Numbered from the stretch's first letter, positions 48,801 through 61,473 are shown. The stretch is DNA of 64,000 nt from Toensbergia leucococca (GCA_022813965.1 JALDZS010000088.1:1-64000), one strand, 5' to 3'. Notes: generated by a model not told the origin, from the letters alone. Translations and numbers: made by a program.

Positions 48801-51481
48801 TTGACCACTTACGGCCCGAAGATCGATCCAATCCGCGCTCATCTATGTCTAAGTCATTTTCTAACACCTTTGAGGTTGAGATGGTTAATGGGTTGGTTCA
48901 ATACTTAGTGGACAGCAATGAATACGACCTAAAAGACATTGCTGTATTGACGCCATATAATGGACAGCTCGCAGCGCTCATGCGACGGCTGAGTGCCACA
49001 TGCTCTATCTGGCTTAGTGACAAGGATAGGCAAGATTTAATCGATGAAGGCCTTCTGACTATTGAAGAGGCAGGGCCTGGTTTGAAAACAGAAGTTGATT
49101 TATCTAGTATGCTTCGAGTGGCTACGATTGACAACTTCCAGGGAGAAGAAGCAAGGGTGGTCATTCTCACTACTGTACGAAGCAACTTTGAAGATAAGGT
49201 TGGTTTCCTTAGAACCCCAAACCGGATCAATGTAGGATGTAGTCGCGCACGAGACGGCTTCTACATCATCGGAAACGCATCGCTTATGAGCAGTGTCAAC
49301 ATGTGGGATGCAATCATCAATATCTTCGTCAACAAGGAAAAGATTGGGCCTGGTTTTCGGACTCGCTGTTCAAGACACCCGCAGCATGAGTACATTGTCA
49401 GCGAACCTGAGCAGTTTGAGCAGATTCCCAAATGCAATGTTCCGTGCTGGTCACGTCTCTCATGCGGACACGTCTGCAAGGAGAACTGTCATGCACCGTC
49501 ATTACATGATCGAATAAGATGTACTGAGCCATGTGAGAAGGTCCATAAAGGTTGCGGACACCGATGCACGAGAACTTGCGGCAAAATCTGTGGGAATTGC
49601 GTTCAGCAAATGCCGTCATTCCTTCTTCCTTGCGGTCACTTAAGTTCAACGATCTGCTCAGAATCTGATGCTAAAATTGAGGCAGAGTGTAAGCATCCTA
49701 TTGGCTCAGTGACTTTGCCATGCGGTCATCAACAGGAGGAATTATGCTCGTTCAGAGATCAAATCTTTCCATGCCAAGAAAACTGTGATACACTCTTAAA
49801 ATGTGGTCATCGCTGCGCCGCAACGTGTTCTCAATGTTTGACCGGACATCAGATATGCTCAATTAATTGTGGGAAGAAGCGACCGTGCGGTCACAATTGT
49901 GCTGCTCCGTGTCACAAAGGTGGTTGTCCGCCCTGTCAGCTTCCATGTCAAAGATCCTGTGAACATGGAGCGTGCTCTCAAGTATGCAGTCGTGTCTGTG
50001 ACCCGTGTGTGCAGACCTGCACCTGGGAATGTAAACACCTTAGCGCATGCTCAACATTCTGTAGCTTGCCATGCGATCGAGTGCCCTGCAGCGAGCCTTG
50101 CACTGAAGGTAAGCAGATCCTACTACCACAATGCCTTGCTTTCTCTGACAAGATTCAGTATTTCCCTGTGGCCATCTATGTCCTAGCCTGTGCGGCGAAC
50201 GATGCCCGAAAAAGTGTATTCAATGCATTACAGGGAATTTCCCTGATCGAGCTCAAATAGCCCTCTCGTGCGGGCATTTCTTCGACGTGGAATTCCTTGA
50301 CAAACGATTTAATTTAATTCGGTTTTACAAGTTCGACGACACAGGTGCTGTCGAACAACCTCGCCTAGGCAACATTTCCCGTGAGGCCCGTCGCTGCCCA
50401 ACGTGTAAACAGCCCTGCTCCGAAGTGCGAAGGTATGCCATCTTCACTCAGCTCGCAAGACTTCCCGATACCATAGATCGGATGTTCGCAAAAATTGGAC
50501 GGAAAATGGACATGTTCATGGAGCAGATGCTTCAGATTAAGGAAAATTTGGGTTCGAGCGGTGGAGAGTTCCGCAAAAAGATGAAGCCTAATCCTATGGC
50601 AGGAAAGGCCAATCAGCGATTGGCATATGATCGAGGTAATGCCTGTATGGAAGTCCAACAAAAAATGACCGATTTTCGAGGTAGGGTGGCGATGTTGATC
50701 ATCAAGTCAATAATTATGCTGATATCTTCAAGATGATGTGGTTGCGCCATTCGAGAAATCCCTATTACGCTTGTCAAATTTCTTCAATAATTCAGACGTC
50801 ATTTACCCATCGATCTGTCCTTTTAAACTTCGGTTCGATTTCATGTACTACCGGTGTCGACTATTGACGCTGGAAGAGTCGGTGCGAATGATTACATGGT
50901 TAATGAAATATCAGGAGCCGGTACCGCATATCCATGCGTTAGCTGAAGGTCTCCGCATCATTACAATTCAGCAAGCGCTTGAGAATACGGAGGCCATTCA
51001 ATCGACGATTGAAGAATGCACGGCAAAGGAACTAAAACGGCTTGAGGTCGAGCTGCGTCTTGTCCAATTGTCGTTCCATATGGTTCTCAAGACAATTAAC
51101 ATCAAAAGTCCAGTGGATGTTGATGCTTGTTCAGCGAGTGCAATGAGTATATGTCGACAATACCCAGACACGGCAGGGGCACTATTAAAGAGCTACAGAT
51201 TGTTCAATGCTTATCTTAAGGGTGCTTCTCCCCCGCCACAACACCTCTTTTACGGCGAGATGAAGGAGTTTTGGTGGGTTTGGGGAAGATATCAAATTGG
51301 AAATGTCAAGCATTGTGGTTTTGGTCACCCATATTCGGGTACAACATTTTCTGGCTGCCCGGAATGTGGGAGGATTGTGGAGTATCATCGCCCTCCAGAG
51401 CTTAGTACTGCTCATTACGATCAATTTTTGAATGAATCAGCTTTTGTGAGGCACATGCGGAATAGCCCGATGCAAGATTAA
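45819..51481 (+). CDS. ZNFX1-like (NFX1-type zinc finger, Upf1-like SF1) RNA helicase, multi-exon
   Basis: RHDNDHEDIRLVKILPTTDEIL, Walker A QGPPGTGKT, CMTNHALDNFL, motif II CEEAGE, IGDPLQLRP, SLFER, QRRMHPDI, TPYNGQ, ATIDNFQGEE, NRINVGCSRAR. Array of NF-X1-type CGH zinc fingers and a C-terminal C..GHPY..CPECG. Exons join in frame through short introns. The 5' start (45819 or 45837) is inferred. Confidence 0.9.
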
Positions 51482-52329
51482 GAGACTTGTGGTAAGCAGC
51501 GATGCTTCGATGTGTGAGTCCATGGATTCGCACAAAACACAGTCAAGGGTGGAAACAAAGAAGAAGACGATCAAGCTTGAGTCAAGCAGCAGGATATGCA
51601 AGGATCCGAATCCGAAAACGGAATGTGTCAAAGATAGGCATATTGCAGTAGAGTGTACGGGCATTCTGATCATGCTTGTATTTATCCCTGTCCGATAGAA
51701 GTACAAAATAAATACGTTTATCATCAACAGCGAGAAAGGATACCGGTATCTTAGTCAAGCGTGTGTAGTAGGCAGCTAGACATAGACTTCAGGGATGACG
51801 CTGTTGTGGATTCAGAAGCCTATTCTATGCCCATGTCGGCGAGATGGTGATGATGTAGTCTACTTTTGATGCAAGACGCATTTGATTGGCTTAGCCGAGG
51901 TCAGATCTCCAATCAATGCCCCAAAGCATGTCAAAGTCGACAGTGACACGGGAGTGATCTTGCATTAGCCCCGCTAGTTGGTGCTACTTTATCGGAAACA
52001 AGATATCCATTGATAGAACAGGGGTTGATATCTTGACAGCATCGATTTCATGGATTCTCAGGCACAAGCTCGACGCTATCGACTGATCCATGGCGGAATA
52101 CGGCGTTTCGAAGCCTACCATGGCTAAATGGCGTCTCGGAATATGATATCATGACATTTATGAAGAGCTGAGAGGTGCCGTCACGAGGGATTGGTGCCTG
52201 TGTTGATGGCATACATAAAGAGGTGTACTGCTCTTTCATATGAAGAATATATTTCCAATTACCTACACTTTTTCAAAATAAAGCAAGCCTTCCTACTTTT
52301 GCCCAATTCATTCTCGATCAATCAACATC

Positions 52330-52727
52330 ATGTCTTCCGGCGACGATATGTACGAGCAGCAGAACGACATGACCGGTGGCCAGGTTCCCGCTGGTGATTC
52401 CAAAGATAACGACTACACCAGTCGTTCGGGTCAATACCAGGTCCCTGTCCAGAAAGACGAGATGCCCGTGCACGATCCTATCAATCCGGCTACTGCCGAT
52501 TCTGATGAGACCTTGGGTCTGTCTCTTAGTCCTTCCCAATGCTAGATATTCACACGGCTGACTAGTCTTTAGCCAAGGATGATGCGGATGCCATTGACCA
52601 AAGCAACATTATCGGAGGTGGACGTACTCGTGGTGCAAAACCAAGCGGAGGGTATGCAGAGCCTGGTGACGAGGAAGGTCTTCCAGGACCAGAAGATGGC
52701 ACCTCAAGCGGAGCATATTCGTCTTAA
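52330..52727 (+). CDS. Small acidic protein with a CHZ (H2A.Z chaperone)-like motif, 2 exons (intron 52517-52572)
   Basis: Spliced MSSGDDMYEQQND...DSDETLAKDDADAIDQSNIIGGGRTRGAKPSGGYAEPGDEEGLP...*. IDxSNII..RTRG resembles the CHZ motif. Confidence 0.8.
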
Positions 52728-53530
52728 TCTGGGTGATGATTAATTAGTGTCATGACAAGCACTTGTCATTGGGACGCTCAAAACGAATTTGTAAATATCT
52801 CAGTTAAGAGTTTCTCCTATGGGTTGTAAAATCTATCCTAAGTTCAAGTTGCATGATTACATTGGTCTTGCTGATTATTTTATGTTTTAATATCAAATTA
52901 ATAAATAATGATGGTCAAACCAATACTGTCAAATAGTAACAAATTTACCGCGTAATGTAGTATGGATACTGTGAGATGCAAGCTCAGCCATCACCACCGT
53001 TAGTTAATTATCTGGGCTGCGTCAGACCTTCAAAACGGTTAGGCTTGACCCAAGCACATAACAGCTGACGTTTCGATTTATGTCAATGTTCAAGGCTACG
53101 TGCTTGTTGATTGGTCCTCTAAAACTGTTGGCCGAACCGCCTTACCGCTGTGCCTCTAACGCGTTGAGGACAAGCTGTCAAACAGTGTTGGAGCATCAGC
53201 GAATCAGCCCACTCTCTTTCACAACATCTAGGCGCCGCACTTTCTCAATCACCATCCTCAGTCATATATTTAGAACGTTCATGCTGTGCATACTGCTAAA
53301 TGTTGGTGGTGTGGAGACTGGAGAGCCAATGCTGCTCATGTATAACGTAGTGGAACCACGTTGACATGGCCATGTTGCACTTCTCTTTTCCTTCATGCCT
53401 TTCGTTTGTCACGAGTCAGCTAACAAACCATTCTCTCTCTCCTGCATTTCTTTTTCACCAAGAGATTCCATGTCAGGTACATGCCATCGTCTTGAAAATC
53501 TAATTTCCTAGCCAAAGCTTTGACAGCAAA

Positions 53531-55462
53531 ATGGACCCAGAGACTGTCCGACAACTGCTCCCCATGGGTACACTGCGGAAAGACAGGCCAGCTCGTAAAG
53601 GCAGCCTACGATACTCCTCGAAGCCACCGCCCAGAGACCCAGAGATTGAAATGTTCAAGATGTCCGAAGATGGACAAGACATTGTGATAGCTATTGCCGA
53701 AACCTCTCCTTCCAACTATACCCCACCGAAGGCTCCTCCAAAAGCCGTTATTGCCAAAGGCCTGAATCCTCTTACACCGCCGCACATGACGCCCCTATCC
53801 ACTCCTCCAGAAGCCCGAGCTGTCGAGGGCCAGAGCTCCATCTCTCAACCAAATCGTCTCCCTCCATCGCCTCCCCGCAGCCGAGCAGCCACACCCGATC
53901 GACAAGGGCCTTCACCAGGGCTACCGCGCTCAGGTGCAAGTTCTCCGACTCTCGTCCGGAATAGTAGCACGGCTTCTACTGGCGTTCACTCACCTGTCAT
54001 GCGCTCGATGTTCCCACGCTATGATCCTACCATACGACTCTCACAGCAATTATATCACCCCAACATTGGCAGGACTCCACTCTCGGCATATATGCAAAGG
54101 GGAATACTGAACAAGGCGGAATACAGTCCCAGCGTGTACTCACAAACAAGCGTTATGATGAACAAAGGGAGTCAAGGAACCCCAGGTACCGCGCGATACA
54201 GCACTATTGGATCTCCAGTACACATACTCGAGGAACCATCACCTACACTCTCCACACCGGAAGAACTGCTCGATCTATGGAGCATAGCAAACGGTCAAGG
54301 GAGTCAAGAAGCTGCGGATGTTTATATTCTAAAATTGACATGGTACGTCTCCATTCATACATGTTGCCCAAGAGTCAGCGCTGACAACCCTTTCAGCGAT
54401 GATTTAACCCCAAACCAAGAAACTATATCCATCAGCTCCTCTACCTCGCAAGCCCTCTATATTCTCGAAGCTGAAGAAAACAACATCAGCATCTCCCGCC
54501 GGCACCCTGTCTCCCCGACGCCTACCATCCAAACCTGCGCTCTCACCCTCTCAACCCCAACGCCAACCTCCCCCCTCCTTGCCCTCATATTCCCCAAACT
54601 CGCTGAGCTCATGGCCCTTGACCAAGCTTCGTCAGTCGCAGTCTCCCACAAAGTCTCTCGCAGTACGAGCACCGATCTTCAGAACGAAGCTCTCGGCCGC
54701 GCCCAAACCTGTGAAGCCTCCTCGCTCCTTTGGGACTCCGACTCCCGTGCCTATTATCTCATCCACCCCACACTCATCAATGGTGCACCCGCAACATTTC
54801 CTATCGAAATTAACTCACAACAAATCACAATACTGACACCTGCCAATCATCCCTCTAGTTTCCCCCTACCTTCACCGCTCCTCTCCCTCACCCTCAAAAC
54901 CAGAACTCTAACCCTCCACATTCCCCCTCTAACCCCACTCCCCTCCCTCTACCTCTTCGACACACTGCTTACTGCCTTCCTAACGCTCTCTCTTCATCTC
55001 CACCGTACATCAATCCTCCCCCTAACCCCCTCCCCTCACCCAACACTCCTGTCCCCAACGCAATGCTTTCCCCCACCACCAACCCTCTCCACCCCTCCGC
55101 GGAAGCAAAAAACAAAAAAACAAAAAACCCAACAAACTTCCAAACTCCGCAAATCCCGATTCTTTCCCCTCCCAACCTCTCACCCTCCCACGCCGGCACC
55201 TGGCTCTCCGTCCCTCAGCACCTCCTCAACAACCCTCTCCAAATCCACCCTAAAAAAGACCGGCAAATCGAATGCGGGTTATTTCCAGCCTTTTGAATTT
55301 GAAGAGGAGGCTGGTGGTGGGGCGGAATTGCCGAAGGGAACGAAGGCATTGTTGAGGTTGCTGTATTGGGCTTTTGGGGTTGTGGTGTGGGTTCTGGGCG
55401 TTGGGGTGGGATTGTTGGCGAAAGCGGTTGTATTTGTTGGGAGAGGGGTTGGGAAGTTGTAG
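53531..55462 (+). CDS. Proline-rich fungal hypothetical protein with a C-terminal transmembrane helix (probable intron 54343-54396)
   Basis: 643-aa ORF with conserved-looking blocks MRSMFPRYDP..LSQQ.YHP, LSTPEELLDLW..ANG, IFPKLA.LMALD, and a hydrophobic C-terminus. Internal GTACGT..CTGAC..CAG intron. Confidence 0.8.
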   Translation: MDPETVRQLLPMGTLRKDRPARKGSLRYSSKPPPRDPEIEMFKMSEDGQDIVIAIAETSPSNYTPPKAPPKAVIAKGLNPLTPPHMTPLSTPPEARAVEGQSSISQPNRLPPSPPRSRAATPDRQGPSPGLPRSGASSPTLVRNSSTASTGVHSPVMRSMFPRYDPTIRLSQQLYHPNIGRTPLSAYMQRGILNKAEYSPSVYSQTSVMMNKGSQGTPGTARYSTIGSPVHILEEPSPTLSTPEELLDLWSIANGQGSQEAADVYILKLTWYVSIHTCCPRVSADNPFSDDLTPNQETISISSSTSQALYILEAEENNISISRRHPVSPTPTIQTCALTLSTPTPTSPLLALIFPKLAELMALDQASSVAVSHKVSRSTSTDLQNEALGRAQTCEASSLLWDSDSRAYYLIHPTLINGAPATFPIEINSQQITILTPANHPSSFPLPSPLLSLTLKTRTLTLHIPPLTPLPSLYLFDTLLTAFLTLSLHLHRTSILPLTPSPHPTLLSPTQCFPPPPTLSTPPRKQKTKKQKTQQTSKLRKSRFFPLPTSHPPTPAPGSPSLSTSSTTLSKSTLKKTGKSNAGYFQPFEFEEEAGGGAELPKGTKALLRLLYWAFGVVVWVLGVGVGLLAKAVVFVGRGVGKL

Positions 55463-57426
55463 TTGAGGGTGGAATTTTCGTAAGATTGAGGGAAGAGCGG
55501 AGGGAAAAGGGAGATTTGGGCTTATGAGGCTGGGAGCTTGGGGAAATGCACGGATTTGGGTCTTTGAGAGGTTTTATATGGGGTTTTTGAGGGATATAGG
55601 GAACAGGGTTGAGTTGTTCTATATATAGATGTAAGGTCTAGGAAGACAGAGCCGTTTTGTCTATAAAGAGTTTTAGAAGACTCGAACCTAGCGGGGGTTT
55701 CCCTTTGCTAAGATTTTTAAGTTTTATTTCTTCCTTTTTCCTCCATCTCCCCCTGACTCATGTTGCCCCTTCTCCAGTTTTCTACTTACCTTCCTACGCA
55801 GAATCCTAGCTATCACTACCGCGCTGGCTTGCACCCTCTGCATCTTTGTCACTTTTGACTCTTAATTTCTCATCCGGAGGTTTTTTTTCTGGGCCGCGGG
55901 AGTGGATGTTGGGGTTGTTTTGGGGGGGAGCGCGATGAGATGGAGTGGAAGTTGCGGATAGTCAAGGAAATGGGCATGGATTATGGCATGGGTGGGATTT
56001 TCTCCATGGGAAAGGGAGAGAGATAAGCCAGTGGAAAAGTGAGGGGGTGGGGGGGCGTTTGCACATCTTTTCAGATACCATAGATTCCAACAGAACCTGA
56101 ACAACAAAACTGAAAAAAAATTGATAGTCTGGCAATGAATGCATCACGCCATTCATACGTTGCATACCTAGGTATACAAAGACAAGATCCAAACAAATAC
56201 CCCATCCTATCATTTTTTCCCACAAATCTCAATATTGTGAAACCATATCCCTTTCTCTTTTATCAAGGGAAATGAAAAAAAAAATATATATATAGCACAG
56301 ATTTACCTCCATCTATTTTATCTCACACAAAAAAAACGAAGCTCTTGTCTATGAGTCCCTAGGGGCAAGGGAGGAGGAGGACAGAATGGGGGGGGTAATG
56401 GTGGGGGGCAGGTATGGGATGGAATTATAAAAGGAGATCTGTAAACGAACAAGGATGGAAAAAATCCGCCCCTTGGAGATAAAAAAGAAAAGATGGTTGG
56501 GAATCTAATCTGTGCTAGAGCGTCGTTATGTCTGTGGATGGCTGTGAGTGATGAACAAATGATGGTTTTTCCACCAATGTGCCTGCATTATATATCCTTT
56601 GCGTGGCAAAAAGTTGTCCGGATAGATCTCTGTGTTTCCCCTCCCAAGGAGTGGCAGGAGTCTCAAAAGCATCTTACCTGCGCAACCACACATCCGCACA
56701 TGGCATAACAGTCATATCACATCACCGCACAGCACTTGGCAAAAAAGCAACACGAGGTGGCCAATCTCTCTTCACCTAAACTCATCCTATCAAGAAAAAG
56801 ATTCAGACAAAAGCAGAACCACAGCAACACGCCGTCCTCATCAAGAGAGAATGACGCGCCGCCGACGCAGATGTATTCCCCTGCCAACTGCACAACTTCC
56901 TCCCCTTTCCCCCAAATCAATCTGGCGGTCCGAGTAACAAAAGAGAATGCGAAAGGAAGTTCGCATGGACTTGTGTGATTCCTTTCCGCAGAAATAGAAA
57001 AAGCGTCAAGGAGATTCGAAGAGTGGTGGGTAAAGAAAATTGAGATATCGATAAGGAAGGTGCGAAATTAGTCATAATCTGGGCGTCAAGAAAAGCCCAC
57101 AAGAGAGAGAAAGGGGGTTTGCAGATCAATAAAAAAAATTGAGTAGGGGGGATTTTTTCGATGGCGGAGATCTCCCAAGATGATCTCTGATTCCATCGTC
57201 ACCAACCGGAATGGGCGTGGGGGCCGACCTTGATAAAAGTTTCGGGGAGAAGTGGAGTTTGATTCGCGGTAAAGCAACGCAAAGCTCGCCGGCTTGTCCA
57301 GGAAGGGGATTTCTCTCGATCGCACATTCATTCTGGTGGAGAGTTGTCCCCCTATTGCATGTCGTTGTCAAATCTGGCTCCTTCAGTCTCGGGGATCTGG
57401 GTGTTTGAGATGCGTAGATGATGCGT

Positions 57427-58483
57427 TTAGATAGATTTGGGAGATCGGTTGTTGCTGGGAGGGTGGATTTTAGTATTTTGAATAATGCGCTGTTATTGAG
57501 AGGAGAAGAATTTACCCAATCTCCACGATATCGTCCACATGATTACACATCGCAACAAACAGATCGAAAAACCTATCAAGATTGTTACTTCGATTTGTTT
57601 GAGATTGAAACTATGGGTGTGGAATTCTTACAATTTGCTACCACCTATCTCCATCTCCATCTGCATGGTTCCGCTCCGTTTAAAAGTCTTACGACTCCTG
57701 ATAATCAAAGCAAGGTAATGAGCGCGGAGCCTGGAGTCCGTGTCCGGAGTGTTTTCGTATGCAAAGCGAGCTGATCGCAAAATCACCTCGACCTGGATTC
57801 CCGATTGAAGTCCCTGCTTCCGAAGAGCAAGGCGCTTCAGTTCTTCCAAGCCGAATTTCTCGGCTGTGCAATAGATGGCGGTGTCCTTGAGTAGTTCACC
57901 ACCCACACCGGTATGGTAGATTGTAGGCTGGACGGATCCGCGACCACCAAGGTTTTGCGCGTCCTGAGCGTCCTCAAGCATCCAAGAGTTACGACGCTTG
58001 TTGTGCAACAAGCGTGGGTAGTAGTCGCCCTTGTAAAGATATTCGAGAACGGAGGAAAAAACTTCGGGCTCTCTATGAATCACGGTCAGAATGACCCAAA
58101 ATCCTCTCGATCCATATATTCATCGATTATACGTACTCGTCAGGCAGCTCCACCCTCTTCGAACCGCTCTCAAAGAACTGGCCCTTAAGAGCAGCAGTAA
58201 AGAAAGGAGATAAAGATAAGACATCCTCGTGAGCGGCGAAAACACGCTGGTCACGACCCACAATCAAGGTGATGATGGGACTGGTCAGGGTACTACTTGC
58301 GCGACCATGATCAGCCTTAATAGGTCGGTTATGACTTTCGTCCACTACTCCGACGTACCTCCCAATCGGCGGACTGTCCAACTTCTGCTGCATCTTCAGC
58401 TTCGCATGCTCGCCAAAGGACCTTTTGCTCGGCTTGGTCGCCTTGCCCGCGCGATCCTTCGAGTGGAAAGAACGCTTGAACAT
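57427..58483 (-). CDS. Conserved BTB/POZ-domain protein, 5 exons
   Basis: LTSPIITLIVGRDQRVFAAHEDVLSLSPFF..FFES..VELPDEEPEVFSSVLEYLYKGDY, then IYCTAEKFGLEELKRLALRKQGLQSG...GGSKLFFDLFVAMCNHVDDIVEIG after splicing. Stop at 57427-57429. Confidence 0.9.
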
Positions 58484-59295
58484 CTTGATTGAGACCGAGA
58501 GTTGTATCTGCCAAAGACCAAAGGTGTCGCAAACGAGTGTGAAGTGGTTGTCGGCGGAAGAGACACCCAGAATTGCTGTAAATGAGCGTAACAAGTGGGG
58601 TTTCTAGACTCGAATTGACGCTGCGCACGCACGTTGCATGTGGGAGCTCCGGAAGCCTTCCAGGACGAGCTCTCTTCTCTTCGATCGAGGAACACGAGGT
58701 TCCCGAAAGAAGATGTAGAGAGACCCTGAACAGACTCTGCGCAGGAGAATCTACTGGAGAGATTCACTCGCGATGGTGCTTTTGGCCGGCTCTAAGAAGC
58801 GTGGGGAAGAAAGAAGAGAGGTCGCGGGGAGACGAGATCTTATGGGCGGGCGCGTGCCGCGAATCCATCATGTGACTCGTATGAGTAGCAGGCTGGGAAT
58901 GCTTGAAGATGATTGGCGCCTCAATGTCCAGGAATAAGGCTTATCATGCATGGCCGTTCGAAGAGATCGAATCATGTAGAACAATTGCAATCGTGGTTGC
59001 GCGGTTGCCTTGCAGCCTGATGTTGACATAAACATCAAGCGAGACGAACGTACGAGTATTCTATTTACTCTATCATCATATTCAGTGCCCTTAGTCACGC
59101 TCGCTACCATGCAATCATCTCTAGAATTTTTGAGGTATTCTCGGTACTATTTTACCTCGATCATGTATCGAAACCTCAAGGCCTCGTCGCAGGCAGCCTT
59201 CTCTCCAAGAGTTTCAAACTCAAAGAGAATCGCAACATTCACCCTGCAGAAGTCATACGACCTGGAACAGAATTACAGAACTTTAGATGGAATAA

Positions 59296-60246
59296 TTATT
59301 TCCAAGAAGAATCCGGATCAGGGAGCTCTGGGGATTGATCGTCTTCCTTTCCCCCCACGTTTTCCTCTTCCTTGATTTCTCCCTCAACTTGCCCTACCAC
59401 ACCCAACTTCCCGTATATACTTTCATCAAGCTGAGCATGTTCCTTCATCGTCTCTGTAAATCGTGGAGAATCTGCTTCCAGAATCTCATCGTAGTGATTG
59501 GCGATGTAGTTGATCAAATACAAGTGCAGCTCCTCGTCAGCTGAGGTAGTACTAATAAAGACGAGTTGGACTAACGAGAGTAGCTTAGAAGCTGTGAAGG
59601 GTACCAGAACTTTCAGCTTACAGAAATCCAACTTTTGAAGACCCGGTAATTCAACCATCTGCGCTAGGTAGTACACCACACCACATCGGACAAGCTCATT
59701 GACGCGTTCGACATCGGTGTTCGTGTTCTCTAGGCGTGCATGGTCTGAATTTTCGTTAAGAAGATTAGGTCTGTACTCGCCATGGTCGAGACATTCGGCT
59801 ACGGGTTTGAAGTGGTCCACTTCGAATTCACGGAGCAACGGCGTCATTACATACATACTAGCTATCGCGAGAACAAAACGTCATAAGCCCGGAGAGAAAT
59901 GATATCTTTTCCAGGCCGCCTCATAGATAGTTTTGTCTAGTATATTCTGCATTACATATGAATCAGACCCTGACATGGACCACAGATAGGCAATATGGTC
60001 GTAAGGCGGCGGAGGGGACATATTACCCGGCCGTTTCAGTCCAAGCCCAACGGATCCACACTTCCAATGCATCAGTACTTTCGAACTTTGAGCTCTCCTG
60101 AACTTCCATGCTACCTCAATTCTTGCAAAGGGCTAAGAAGACTTGAGTATCCGCGATGAACATAATCCAGCTTATGTACAAACTTCTCCGATGGTGGACT
60201 GAAGAGCACACTCGTTTCGGATACTATTTCGTCAATAGCTACCATG
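59296..60246 (-). pseudogene. Divergent BTB/BACK-like gene, possibly a pseudogene (in-frame TGA at 59881-59883)
   Basis: 59296-59856 has BTB-type motifs (FKPVAECLDHGEYRP, CGVVYYLAQMVELPGLQKL, YLINYIANHY). The upstream ORF 59881-60072 is in the same frame, separated by one TGA. The 5' structure is uncertain. Confidence 0.5.
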
Positions 60247-60858
60247 GTAGCTCTCACCTTCAGATGTTCATCTAGGTACTCATAAACGTAATCGTTTGCG
60301 ATGCAGCAATTGACAGGCGGTACTCGAGTCAGGACGGGGAACCAGAGGACCAAAGTAGCAATCCCAGAGAATGGACAAGATACACCAAGCCGGACAACAA
60401 TCGAATGCTTTGATAGCTTATGGAGCCAGCTTTCAGGCAAGTCAAACGACGGAAGCAACAAAAATATGCGCAACACGATGAAGTCACTCAGCAGGATAAC
60501 AGAGAAAAGAAGGCAAGTACACGACGAGTTCGGGTGTGGAGAAGCAGATTTTGTAAAATGCAAGCAAATGGAAAATCAGGCATTGCACTGTAGATAAGTA
60601 TGAAGCAGTATATTTTCATTGTCTCCACACATGTAACTGTGCAATATTCGGGTGTCACTCGTGAAGCATTGTCGTTTGGTGCAGGGTGGCAGGGACGAAT
60701 TTCTGCCAAGCGAATCTCAGCCCTACGAACAGGGCGCGATTCCCGCAACGTACGCTGTACTTCTCTACAAATCCTACCTGCTACACCTCGCCAAAAAGGC
60801 GCTGATTCTTGTCGTCACCTCTCGCGTCACCGTTTATCTCCCCTAAAAGACAGCAACG

Positions 60859-61473
60859 ATGCTCTCCTCCCTCCCCATCTCCAATCCCCGCCAGCTCCTG
60901 ACCCAAATTCTCAACTTCGCCCTCGTCCTCTCCACAGCCTTCATGTTATGGAAAGCTCTCTCCGTCGCCACAGACTCCCCTTCGCCCATTGTAGTTGTAT
61001 TATCCGGGAGTATGGAGCCGGCGTTCCAGCGGGGAGATCTGTTGTTTCTATGGAATAGAGGCCAAGAGACGCAGATTGGGGAGGTGGTGGTTTACAATGT
61101 CAAGGGGAAGGATATACCGATTGTTCATCGGGTTGTGAGGCGGTATGGAGGCGGGTGAGTAGTGGCTCCGGTCCTGTCTTTTCAAGGAATGGTGGCTTTG
61201 CGGTACAGATTGTGTATATGGGGGCTGATTTATGTATTTTACAGAGATGAGCCTCTACGACTATTAACCAAGGGTGACAATAATTTAGCAGATGATACGG
61301 AACTGTACGCGCAAGGACAGGATTACTTAACGAGGTCGGAAGACATAATTGGTAGTGTGAAGGGTTATGTTCCATTCGTGGGCTATGTCACCATCTTGTT
61401 ATCAGAGCACCCATGGCTAAAGACAGCCTTATTGGGGCTTATGGGAGTGATGGTAGTCTTGCAAAGAGAATAA
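60859..61473 (+). CDS. SEC11: Signal peptidase complex catalytic subunit, 2 exons (intron 61155-61244)
   Basis: [53 protein letters not shown]. Confidence 0.97.

Noticed and set aside
42992..51481. zf-PARP gene next to the ZNFX1-like gene as a nucleic-acid-sensing pair
   Set aside because: Adjacency alone is weak evidence in eukaryotes. No shared regulatory signal is visible, and conserved synteny would be needed.
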